From the human T2T-CHM13v2.0 reference genome, Homo sapiens: a stretch of DNA of 64,000 nucleotides. The stretch lies in NCBI RefSeq assembly GCF_009914755.1, contig NC_060934.1; one strand, given 5' to 3'. Every line of letters begins with the position of its first letter. The stretch's first letter is position 1. This document shows, piece after piece, positions 13,156 to 24,599 of the stretch. The notes under the pieces are model-generated. The model made no database searches. It was not told the DNA's origin and saw nothing but the letters and a program-made list of their open reading frames with translations. The translations under genes and the position numbers were made by a program.

Positions 13156-13904
13156 ATATTCTGGAGTATCTTATATTCCCATTTAGTCTGAACCACCCAG
13201 TCACAAGCCTTTAAATATGCATTTTATGTAGGAGATGGATGTGCATAAAACTTTTTTCTGTCCTGAAAAGCTGCTGCTGTGGGTTTGCTCCCAGTACAGA
13301 GTGAGGCAGTCCTGGGCTAGAGCAGCCTCCAGAACAGGTGCGGCACCCCTGCAGAGCCTGGGGCCAGTTGAGTCGCTCACATGTCTCCCTCCAGGCTTGG
13401 CTTCCTAGGAGCTGGATTCTCCAGATGAACAAGTGGCTGCCATGACCATGTTTGGGAATCTGGGGCCTCCAGCTGTCCAGTGGCAGCCATCTGATCCCTC
13501 TGCATGAGTGATTTCCTGGGCAGTGAAGACTTGCCTTAACTTTTGAGCTCAGGTGGGTTCCAGTGATAGTCTCTGGGGTCAGAGGCCTCTGCGGCTGCAG
13601 AGGCCCATTGCTGTTGCTTGTACTTCTCAATCTCTGGTGAGGCTCTCGGGAGCTGTTCCAGCCTGCCCGTGGGCCTCCACTGTGTGCCTCCACGATGCTG
13701 ACTTCAGTTGTTGGTCACAGTGTCTGGAGGGCACAGCTGCCCTCCCCACTCTGGAAGAAGCCGTTTACATCATTGTTAGTGGCTCTGGCTAGTGACCCCT
13801 CCTTCTGGATCCCAACTGGGAAAATTCTGCTTCCCAGATGGCATCTCTGGCCAGCTGTTCTTGGGGGCTCTTGGGAGCTCACCCTTGGGCTGAGAAGCCA
13901 CCTG

Positions 13905-14012
13905 CATTCAACTCTGGCTTCAGCCCCAGCTCCCATTGTGATCTTGGCAAGTCACATTCCTTCTGTGGGACTTAGTTTCCCCATCTGGAAAAGGTGAATG
14001 GTAGGCTAGATC
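13905..14012 (+). mobile_element. MIR fragment
   Basis: 'gtgatcttggcaagtcac...cttagtttccccatctggaaaag'. Confidence 0.6.
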
Positions 14013-14731
14013 TCTGCTTTTCAAACCAGGATCCTCAAACCGTTGGACAAATCCTCTAAGATTTTTTTTTTAATTCCATTTTTATTTTATTGATAATTTG
14101 AAAAAAATGGATGTAAATATTTTCTGGCTTGGCTGGCTGGTCACTTTATACCTGGGTATGGACATAAGATTTTAGTGTCCAAGTTTTAATTGTATCATGA
14201 GATGCTGGGGCAATCAAACACATTTTAGTTCTCACAGGCTGATGAGAGAAAGCACAGATGTGGTTGAGTGAGTATTTGTATCCACTGAAGGCCCATGTTG
14301 TCATGGCTTTCTGTGTGAATGAAAGTGTTTGCAATAGTTAGAAGGGAGAAACCGAGTGGGAGAATTGAGTCATCACACAGCACTCTGTTGGTACTGACCT
14401 TGCTAAATGTAAACAAATCTGTATCCTAGAGGCCACACGTGCTCCAAGTAGCAATGCCTCTTCAGCAAAAGCATCACCAGTTGTGTTATTTTAATGCTGT
14501 TAATTTTAATTTTAATGTTTTTGTCATTCTGCAGGCATTGAGTCCAAGAATCTTTTTTGTTTTCTAGTGGTGTAAGAGCTAAAAGCCTAAGATGATTATA
14601 CGTAATTATATGTATGCATCTATTTAAATAACATTACAATAAAATAATTTAAGACAAAGATGGGGCCATGTGGATATTTATTTCCCCTTTCAGAGTGATG
14701 TGCACATTACCTGAGAATCCATGGTCTAAAA

Positions 14732-14955
14732 CAGGCACTGCAAACTGTGTCTGTAAAGGGCCAGATAGTAAATATTTAGAGTTTACAAGTCATACAGTCT
14801 CTGTTACAACCGTTCAGCCCTGAAGTCGTAGCACAAAAGCAGCCATAGAAAACACTTAAATGAATAGGCTCAGCTGTGTTCTAATAAAACTTTATTTACA
14901 AAAATAGACAGTGGGCTAGATTTTATGCTGCCGGCCATAGTTTGCCAATCGCTGG
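14732..14955. mobile_element. MER58A MITE, near full length
   Basis: 'ctgtaaagggccagatagtaaatattt...aataaaactttatttacaaaaa...ggccatagtttgcc'; opposite orientation to the copy at 12988. Confidence 0.85.
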
Positions 14956-15571
14956 TCTGAGGCATCTTCCTTCTCAGATGACTGGCAAAGTGGTCTTGCT
15001 GAGGGGACAGGTTTTCTCTTCTGGTTTCCACAAAGAGTCTCTTCTGTTGCTTTCTGCTGTATGAACTCCTGGAGGCCCTCCAGAACGAGTTGCCTGGGTG
15101 AGGTGAGCTTGTCCCTTGATGCTGGCAGTTTCCTTGCTTTGGCCATGGGTTCCCACTCCACCTTAGGCCTGCAGAGTCACCTGAAATTTCCTTGCGTGTC
15201 CCCTGTGCCGGCCTCTGCACCTCTGCGGGAGAGTCATCCATCCCTCCTCCCCTGGCACACACACCTTGCCAACATTTGGAGGCTGTTATCGAAATATCCT
15301 GCAGCCCGGCCTTATGAAGCTGGGCCCTTTTATCTTTCTTTATAAATCACCCTCTCCCTCCACTTAATCCTGCCAGGCCCGCTCCTCTGAACTCCCTCCA
15401 ATCTGTCTCTGGTGAGCTGGTTCTGAGCACCACGGGCTGCAGGCAGCCAGGTGCGGCCTTGCTGAGGCTTCGGGGAAAGGGAGGGGGTCTTGCTTCCATC
15501 TGCCAGGGATGGGGCTTTGGCTGCAAATTCCCACACCTTTCCTTTGCTCTGCGGAATGGAGCCTAAGTAGT

Positions 15572-15960
15572 TTATTCATTCAACATTCACTCAACATTAC
15601 CTATTGAGCTTTGCACTGTCAGCAGTGAAGACGACGGCTGTGCTGCTGTCATCTTGGGGCTCACAAGGCTGAAAAAAATGCACAAAATAGTTACACATTC
15701 TTGCACTGCTATGGGGAAAACCAATAGAGGTTGAGATGGACAATAGTGGGGTAGAGAGTGCAGGGACGGCTGTTCTTATAGAGTGGTTGAGAAGACAGAC
15801 CCTGAGGAGGTGACATCTATGCCTGGGCCTAAAAATGAGAAGGAGCCAACTATGGGCACAGTGGAGGGAAGAGCATCCCTTCCACAGGAAAAGCACATGC
15901 AAAAGTCCTGTGGTGGGAAGGCACTGCTCTGCTTGATCGTGTGAGGAGCAGGAAGGAGAG
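15572..15960 (-). mobile_element. L2 LINE 3' part
   Basis: Starts with 'ttcattcaac' tail; 'ctgaggaggtgacatct...gggaagagcatcc...catgcaaaagtcctgtggtggga'. Confidence 0.8.
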
Positions 15961-16049
15961 AGAGCCTTAGGGAAGATGGGCTCAACGGTGCCCTGGCTGT
16001 GCAGTGAAGGTAATAGCCCGTGCATATGTGACGAGCTTAATCATCCTCA

Positions 16050-16262
16050 CCATCATTGCAGGGCCCATATGCTCGACACTTTATTAACTTTGTTTCGTTT
16101 AATCCTCAGGGCAACCCCTTGAAGGAGTTATGCTTTCCCCTGTATTTTACAGAGGAAGAAACTGATGCTCAGAGAGGTTAAGTTGCCTAATATCACACAG
16201 CTAATAAGTAATGGAGCTGGAATTTGAATCCAGAGCAGTCAGAATCAAAGCCCCTGCTTTAT
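16050..16262 (-). mobile_element. MIR SINE
   Basis: 'ttttacagaggaagaaactgatgctcagagaggttaagttgcc...ggaatttgaatccag'. Confidence 0.85.
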
Positions 16263-16327
16263 TATCTGATTCAAAATCCTATTACGTTTTGAAATAAACA
16301 AAATCTCCTGTTCATTCATTCATTCCC

Positions 16328-16761
16328 CGTATTAGGGGCATTCTTGCATGGGTATAAAGCAATACCTGAGACTGGGTAATTTATAAAGAAAAGAGGTTTA
16401 ATTGACTCAAGGTTCTGCAGGCTGTACAGGAGAGTAGAGCTGCCATCTGCTCTGCTTCTGGGGAGGCCTCAGGGAGTTTTTACTTATGGCAGAAGGCAAA
16501 GTGGGAACAGGCATGTCACATGGCGAAAGCAGGAGCAGGTAAGCAAGAGAGAGAGAGAGAGAGAGAGAGAAGGTGGGGGCAGGTGCCACACACTCTTAAA
16601 CTATCAGATTGCCTGTGAACTCATCACTAGGAGATGATCCAAGCCATTCATGAGGGATCCGCCACCATGGTCCAAACCCCTCCCACCAGGCCCCACCTCC
16701 AACATCGGGAATTACAACTCAGCATGAGATTTGATCCGGGGCAAACATCCAAACCGTATCA
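16328..16761 (-). mobile_element. MSTB-like MaLR solo LTR
   Basis: 'gtattagg...ctgagactgggtaatttataaagaaaagaggtttaattg...caaacatccaaaccgtatca'; flanks ttccc/ctccc; internal (GA)n. Confidence 0.9.
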
Positions 16762-16769
16762 CTCCCTAT

Positions 16770-17900
16770 GCAAGAAGCAGACAACAGACAGATTAAAAGA
16801 CACGATCTTTGCTCTTGAGAGCTCCTGGTTTAATGGGGGAAACAGCTGCAGAGACAACTGCCATATCATGTAGTGGGTTCTGTGCAGGGACAGCAGAGGG
16901 TGTGTGGGTGGGGTGGGTTGGGAGGTCAAGGAAGGCTTCCTGGAGCTGTCTTGAAGGGGAAAGATGGGAGTAGAAAAGGCGTCTGAGGCAGAGGAAATAG
17001 CACGCACAAAAGCTCAGAGGCATCAAAGCATCAGCTGTGCTCAGCAGTGGGCTTCATGTCTTTGGCCTGGCTGGAGCCCTGGCTGTGGGGAGATTGATTG
17101 ATGAGAGCATTTTGAGGGTGCACTAGGTTGTGAAGGGCTGTGTTCCCATGCCAAGTTCATCCTGTGACTGATTATGAAGAAACCCACTGAGTTTACTAAG
17201 TAAGGGAGGCTGAGGCCAGACTGCCTGGCTTCATACCTCACTGCTGCTGTTCACTCCTGTGTGGCCTCAGCACCCTGTTCCTCAGTTTTCTCACCTGGAA
17301 AATGGGGATGATAATAGCACTTCCTTGACAGAGTTGCTGGGGGCTTAAGTGAGCTAATGTAGACAAAGGACTTGCCTATATTCTTATTGCCTGTAATGAT
17401 TATTATCACCAGTATTGTTTATGATTAAGAATGTGTCCACCATGCAGTTCTGTGGACACTGGCCTAGAGGGTGTCTCACCAGAGGCTGGAAGACCAGTCA
17501 GGGGCTTTGGCACCAGTCCAGGAGAGTGGTGACTAGAACCCAGACCGAGGTGGTGCCCTGGGGATGGTGAGGAGCAAGCAATTCTGGAGATGAGCAGGAG
17601 GTTGGGTGACAAAGCATCCGATCATCAGCTGAAGCCCAGAGAGAGGTTGGTAAGGAGGGACACCTGGATTAGGCTAGGGATTTGGAGCTTGGGGGTCAGG
17701 GGAGATGATGTTGCCAATCCCCATATTAGGGGTGCAGGATGGGGGCAGGCCAGGGGAAGATGATGAGTTCAGTTCTGAGTGTGCAGCTTGGAGGAGTCTG
17801 TGGGACATCCAGAGGGACATGTCCTGGGTACAAGTGGATATGGAGGTTGGGGACATGGGACAGAAGTGGTGACTGAGAGGAACCCTTGATGTAAGTGTAT
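16770..17900 (-). mobile_element. L2 LINE fragments, interrupted by a MIR
   Basis: 'ggaggtcaaggaaggcttcctggag', 'gaggctggaagaccagtcagggggc', 'gatgatgagttcagttctgag...gggacatccagaggg'. Confidence 0.75.
17200..17400 (+). mobile_element. MIR SINE
   Basis: 'gccagactgcctggcttca...cctcagttttctcacctggaaaatggggatgataatag'. Confidence 0.8.
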
Positions 17901-17934
17901 CTCGCACCCTGGTAGAGTGGGCCACCACTGACAA

Positions 17935-18110
17935 AGCGCCCTCACGTCCATTTTCTCAGTAGATCTTCTTGTCAACACCAGGAATGGGGCACAATGAGAT
18001 TCATTTTGCAGATGCAGACGCTGAGGCCCAAGGAGGTGAGGCAAACTGCTCAAGACCTCATGATCGGTACCTGGTAGACCCGGAGTCTCAGTGTGGCCTT
18101 CCTAGTGCCC
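17935..18110 (-). mobile_element. MIR SINE
   Basis: 'tcattttgcagatgcagacgctgaggcccaag'. Confidence 0.6.
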
Positions 18111-18687
18111 CAGGCTGCCTGGAATGGGCCCACAGGTTCTCCCACCCCAGTTTCTCCTGGTGTCACTTTTCTGTACCCTGGCAATGTTTGTAAGGAGGCC
18201 CAGGCCCTATCTCCAGGGCATTCCTGGCCACCATAGGCAGAATCTGGTCATTGCCCCTGTGGAGAGGGCCACATGGCCAGAAGTGTGGCAGAGAGCCTAC
18301 TTTCCCCTCCCTGCTGACTGTGTTCTCAGGGTGGGAAGGCAGGCATCTCACTCTCTCACATGGTCCTGACAGTGGCCCCCACCCGGCCACTTGGCCACTT
18401 GGTCACAGCTGGGGTCCAGCAGAAAGGAAGGCACTACAGCCCCAAAGGGTCTCTTCAAATCATTGATGGGCTGGAGGGCCATTTCCCGTGGAGGCAGAGA
18501 AGTGGCCTAGAACTCATGCAAGCTAACAGGCGGACCAGCGGGAGGGAAGTAAAGTCCCCGGGGGCTTGGGAAAGTGGATGTCCTGCTTTATGAGGCTGTG
18601 GGCGTTGTTTTTAACAGGACAAGCCTTGAAGACCCAAGGAACCAAAGACTTATCTGAGACATAAGTCCTTCACTTCTCCCTGATAGA

Positions 18688-18825
18688 GAACAGTGTCTCT
18701 CTTGCCATATTGGTGTCTATTACCAGCCCTGCCTCCCACTGTGTGGGGAAGGTCAGCTTTGACAATTTTCCACTTGATCAGGTGAAAACTGAGGCTCTGA
18801 GACATGAATCAGCCTCAGGAGAGAA
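18688..18825 (+). repeat. Copy A of an old 138-bp local duplication (copy B at 21179-21705)
   Basis: Ungapped by-hand alignment to 21179-21208 plus 21598-21705, about 80% identity. Confidence 0.8.
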
Positions 18826-18924
18826 CAATAAATCCGGGGTTCCAGATGCATCTGGGATAGCCCAAGGTCAGGACTAGTGGCTGAGAATAGTCAGAGTCAA
18901 AGTGAGCTGGGGTGGCAGGGGGCA

Positions 18925-19135
18925 GTTATTACACACACCTTCTATGCACCAAGCACTGCTCTCAGTACTTTACATGAATCATCTCATTTGCTGTAAGGAA
19001 GCTGCAATTATGGCTGTCTAATCCATGAGGGAACAGTCTCAGACAGGTTAAGGAACCGGCCTAAGGTTACCCAGCTGATCAGCAGTAGATTGCAGCCTCT
19101 CTGACTTGAAAGCCTGTTCTTTTTCCACTGCACTG
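18925..19135 (-). mobile_element. MIR SINE
   Basis: 'tactttacatgaatcatctcattt...gaggttaaggaaccggcctaaggttacccagct'-like core. Confidence 0.7.
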
Positions 19136-21208
19136 TTAGTTTTTCCACTGTATCTGCTAGTAACCCTAGTGGCTAACTCTCCCCACCAGATCCCTGTAAC
19201 TTCCAGGGCCTGAAACATAGTAGGTGCTTTTTTGCACATAAAAGTCTGTTTCCTGTTTCCTGTACACATTTGTGCTTTTGGTAAAAGGTGCAAAATGCTG
19301 CCTTTCACACAACTTTGCCATGTACCTGGCTTAGTGGGAGAATCTAGAATCTGTGGATAATTAATAGTGTTATTTTAAACTTAAACTCAATGGCTGGGGG
19401 CTTTGTGTTAAGTCCATGGGGCTGGACACCTTCAACATCTCCTGTCTTGGGCTTGGATGTGGGAAAGAGATGCTATTCTGTGTGCAAATTTGAATCCACT
19501 AGGAACTGCCAGAAAATGTCCTCCAGCCATGGAGTAGCACAGAGGGGGTGATCTGTGTGTTCTGGTGGCTACGGTGGGAGGGATGAGTCCTCCCTGCCCA
19601 GCCTCCCAGCCTCTTCTTTCCCAGCTCAGCCGAGGTGCATGGGAGCTGGGAACCCCAGGAGGGCTGGTACCTGAGCTGCAAATGTCTGGCCCGGCCTGGC
19701 CTCTCTCAGCACATGTGATGCATTAGGCTGGAACGGCTCCTCAGGGAACCCTTTCCCATCATCTCCTCCGCAGCAGTTCAGAGGTGGTGTAGAAGATCAA
19801 AATTAGCATGTTTGCAGATCACATGCTTGTTGATTTGGGCAGCTGTCTCAGCTAGGGTGTAAGGAAGAAGGTGACATTTGAGGTCTGAGTGAGGAGCGAG
19901 GGGAGCCCAGGCAGACTGGGTCCTCATGATTGCAAAGCGGGGTTTGCAGAGGCCGGGCAAGGGGTCACATGGCCCAAGGGGCAGTCAGTAGCCTGAAAGC
20001 CAGTGTCCACACACCCAGGCCCCAGCAAGCGTGGCTCTCTGGGTGCTAGACTGCCAATCTGGGTCTTGGCAGGAGGCAGCCTGGTGGGCAGAGGCAGCCA
20101 ACTTAAGCTCGCCAAGGACCCAGGAACAAACTACAATCTCTGGTGCTGGGTAGAAGAGAGAGGTGGGTCACAAATGACCTTCCCCATCCCAGATTCCATC
20201 CTGCATGGGATGTGGCTGGCCCTTCCCTGGTGATGGCTACAGGGCCCTGGGGAGACATCCCAGTGGAGGCACCTCCGCTTAGGCCTGACCCCAGGCTGGA
20301 TACTGGGCTAGGTTTTCTTATGGGTAACAAAATCTTTTATTCATTCATTTATTAACATAAAAACATTTATTGACCGCCCATTATATGCTAAGTGCGAGGA
20401 AACGGCCAAGTGAGTTTCAATCCCTACTCTTGCAGACCTAAGTACAAAATAATGAGCTTATTATAGCAGACCTTCATGTTAGGAAATTTTCGGCCATCCA
20501 CAAATTTGAGAATCTCTCTTCCATAGCAGACAATATCCCTTACAACATGCAGTCAAGTTCACTGAAACCCTCTGACCTGCAATGAGTCTGAAAATGCAGC
20601 ACTAAATACATTTGAGAGTTATGAATGCCTCCAATTCTCCACCTGGTTTTCCTCCCCTGGGCGGCATGGCTTCCAGAATCTCCAGGTCCCAGACAGGCTG
20701 AGGAACACAGAACGCCACTGGCTCAGCTGAGATGCAGGTGCTGGTGGTGGACAAGGCATGCTTCCTGTGAAGCCTTGTCTTCTCACTCCAGCCCTGGGTC
20801 ATGGGGAAAAAAGACAAGCACCTATGTGAGCTTCCTGGGCTGCTTGCTGACAGACAGCTCCAAAGAGACACTGTAAAAGCCCCGGATGTTTGGGTCTCTG
20901 GGAAGAGGTCAACTTAGTTTTCATTGAGCCCCGGGCCTCACTTTTCTGCAACTTTGGTGGGGTTGGGGTTGGGTGTGTATTGTGGGGGGCAACTTTAGCT
21001 TGTTGGGGTATGTGAGTATGCCTTGGCCCTGGGCAATGTAACCAAGCCACCACTTGTTGAGTGCTCTCCTGTGCCACGTGCTTCCCTGTACCCATCTGTT
21101 ATGTTATTTGACTCTACAGCCAGCAGTTTGTGTGAATGTTTATTGGCAGATACCACATGGGCACCAGCCAATGAGAATGAACACTGTCCGTCTTGCCATA
21201 TTGGTGCT

Positions 21209-21592
21209 TGTATTAGTCTGTTTTCATGCTGCTATGAAGACATATCCAAGACTCGGTAATTTATAAAGGAAAGAGGTTTAATTGATTCACACTTCTGCAT
21301 GGGTGGAAAGGCCTCAGGGAACTTACAGTCATGGTGGAAAGGGAAGCAAACACGTTCTTCACAAGGCGGCAGGAGAGAGAAGTGCTGGGCAAACGAGGAA
21401 AAGCCCCACATAAAAGCATCTCCCTTATAAAAGCATTGGATCTTGTGAGAACTCACTATCATGAGAACAGCATGACGGTAGCAGCCCCCATGATTAAATT
21501 ACCTCCCACCAGGTCCCTCCCATGACTCATGGGGATTATGGGAACTACAATTCAAGATGAGATTTGGATGGGGACACAGCCAAACTACAGCA
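21209..21592 (-). mobile_element. THE1 (C-like) solo LTR with 5-bp TSD
   Basis: Begins tgtattagtctg, ends ccaaactacagca; TSD GTGCT at 21204-21208 and 21593-21597. Confidence 0.95.
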
Positions 21593-22814
21593 GTGCTTAT
21601 TATCGGTCCTGCCTACTGCTGTGTGTGGAAGGTCAGTTCTGACAACTTTCCACCTGACCATGCAGAAACTGAGGCTTTGAGACATGAATTGGTCTCAGGA
21701 GTGAATAGCAAGACCAGGATCTGAACTCAGGCACCCAACTCCAAAACCCCTCTCTCCCAGTTCACTCCACAGCCCCAGGCCAGTTCCCTAAAACCAGGTT
21801 GCAAAAAGCGCCTTTCAGCCCAATGACCTCATTTCTGCACAATCAATTCCTTGACCAGCTGATTTGCCAAATTCCTGAGGACCTTTCCCAAAATTTTTTC
21901 CCCCTCCTCCCCTATGTGAGACCCAGCCCTTGTCTCTGAAGGCAAATGGCTGCAGTCAATAGTCCTAGACCTAGAGACAGGAGCAGGAAGAAGAAACTCA
22001 AGCATCAAACCTTCCCTAAAAATTCTGCAGACCACTCTGTAGATCCTGGACAGTCCAGTGAGTTGGTGGGCTGAAGAACTGGTGATCTGATGACTCTGTT
22101 ATAGTAGGAGGGGTCTATTCCAGACTGCCTGTCTCTCATGGCTGGCACAGCCCTGGGCAGCCTGGGCTGGAAGACTATTTTGGCAGTGGCAAGTGCAGAA
22201 TGAGGGGAGGGCTCCTTATCTCCCAGGGCTGCTTGTCTGGGGTCCCAGTGGTTTTCCTGAGCCTGCTCCAGGAAGGTGACCTTTGCAGGAGGGAAAGGAG
22301 TTTGCTGGCCTCAGCCAGCACTGTCTCTGAGCAAAGCTTGTGAAGGCAGCCCTGAAAGGCTTGGACATTCAAAAGCAACCCCAGATCCAGAGCTTCATAA
22401 AGGATGGTGATGGGGGCATCAGCTACTGGGGCTAGGGGAGGGGAAGAAAGGCCCCGGGACTCCTCCAGCCCTTCCTTTGCCTGGCTCAGTCTAGGCCAGT
22501 CTCCTCTGGCCCTGCTTGGTAACTCTGGGTGTCTAGTTCCCTCATCCTTGGAGAAGACTGTGAGATAAAGACAAAATAAAATCTTACTAAAATGGACCAA
22601 AAGCTGTGGTGGATACCATAAAGTTTTTAATATATTCTATTATGTTTGATGACTTAAGTATGAATGAATGAAAAGTATAGGATTGCATTTTCTCTCAATT
22701 ATACAGTTTTAAAACTGGGGAGAAGTGCTAGCCAATAGGTGTTTTTGGCTTTATCAGAACCCCAACAAGGAAATTGCTGGAGACATTCAACCTGACCCAG
22801 GCTCCCACCTGCTC

Positions 22815-23090
22815 GCTGAACCTCAGCCACTCTCTCCTTTCAGTTCTTCCTATGTGTTCCTCTGGGCACAGGGCCTTTGTATGAGCTGTTTACTCTGCCA
22901 GGGACACTCGTCACTCCTCTTGGTCTAGTTACTCCCATTCAAGCTCTGGATCTTGTCTCAGCCATTGCTTCTGTGGGGAAATCTGCCCTCATCTCTGGGA
23001 GGCAGGAAGGATAACAATGATCTCGCTCATATTTAGCTTCCCAGGGCCTGGCACAACATAGTTACTCCGGAAACATTCTCTTTGAATGAA
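22815..23090 (+). mobile_element. L2 relic
   Basis: 'cacagggcctttgt...ccagggcctggcacaacatag...ttgaatgaa'. Confidence 0.55.
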
Positions 23091-24119
23091 GAAGAAAGAG
23101 TCGGTCTGCAGTTTGGGACACTTTTGTTGGAGGCCCAGAGTGTCAGGTTATGATTTCTGAGCTCTCCTGGCCCTAAACCAATTGGCTGTGTGATCTCCGA
23201 GATGCAGCTTCACCTCTCTGGGTCTTACCATCCCTGCCCAGTGGGGAGTGGACTTGACTCGAGGCTGCCTGTGGGGTGCTCCATCACATGTGCACAGCTG
23301 GGCTGTTTCCCGGTACCCACTGTGTCTGTGTCTACGGGTCATGGAAGCACCTTCATTTGAATTCCAAGTGCTTCCAGGCCAGCCAGGACAGGATCTGTTT
23401 CACATTGGAAGGGAGCTCTGGCCAGACAGGCGCCCCTAGGAGAGCTGTGCTTAACGGAGGTCACTTATGGGCCTTGGCCTATTGGCATCTGGGCTTGAGA
23501 AGGCTGCACCTACACTGGTGCCAGGAGTACAGGTCCCAAGCCTGCCATAGGCAGGGGCTTTCTCCAAGCAACCCCCACTCACTTGTCCATGGGAGGCAGG
23601 AGCCAGGGTGGTCAGGCTGACCTTCCAAAGTTGGGATGTGTCCACTTCCTGTTGGATCATCAGGCCGTTTAGCTGTGATGACCACCCATGGGAAGATCCA
23701 GAGGGACATGTGGACCAAAAGAGGGCAGAGCTTGTCTCTAGGGAGAGGGCAGGCTTTGTGAAAACTCCCCACCTTGGGGCTACCCCCAGGGGAGAAAGCA
23801 AGGTGCTCTCACTGCAAACCAGCCAGCTTCAGATCCAAGCCACACTCCGAGGCTGCCCTGTCTGTGGCTGTCTGCTCACACCCTTTCTCCCAAGCAAATG
23901 CCAGGCTTGTCAGAACGCTCATTTACATTTCATTAGGAGGTGTCAGGCTGGGTGTTAAGAACAGAGCTGTTCCAGGCCTGAATCTAGAGTTTTTGGGCCA
24001 GCACTAAGCACTGATTTGCCTCAACCCCCTTGGTGGATCTACCTACCCCTTCCTTCCCAAAACAGAGCCTAGAACCATCTGACCTAATAGATGAGTCTCC
24101 ATCTACCTAGCCCTTTGCC

Positions 24120-24290
24120 CATTCTCAGCACAAACCTGAAAAGTAGGTATTATTGTCACCACTTGCAGATGAGAAAGCCAAGACCCAGGGAGGTCAAGTG
24201 ACTCGTCCAAGGCCACACAGCTAGGAAATAGCAGAGCTGGTTTGCAAACGTGTCAGCCTGCCTCCAAAGTTCACGATTTTTCCATTTCTC
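24120..24290 (-). mobile_element. MIR SINE
   Basis: 'gtaggtattattgtcaccacttgcagatgagaaa...aagtgactcgtccaaggccacacagctagg'. Confidence 0.8.
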
Positions 24291-24599
24291 CAAGCTGACT
24301 CCTGTCTATTCAGGTGAAGGGAGCTGCGGTGTGATGCTTACTTGCACCAAAGGTTTTTAGTGTGGACTCTCTAAAATGGGATGCAAGAGATAACAAGAAT
24401 GAGAGCTCGAGAGACAGGCTGTGTGTGTGTGCATATGTGTGTGTGTGTGCATGAGTGCATGTTTAGGAGAAGGTCCCACAGCTTTCATCAACCTTTGTAA
24501 TGCCCCAAAGGCCATGATTATCTGCCACTCCATCCTCTATAGATTTCCTTGGAGAAAATCACAGAACCCAGGCATGTAGTTTCTGTGTCCATTATGAGA

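Noticed and set aside
14500-14580. Strong-looking acceptor ttttgtcattctgcag|g
   Set aside because: Only a weak donor follows, no coding support, and it probably lies in a degraded DNA transposon (about 14015-14725) that I could not classify
15423-15443. REST/RE1-like ctgagcaccacgggctgc
   Set aside because: Mismatches at key positions of both half-sites
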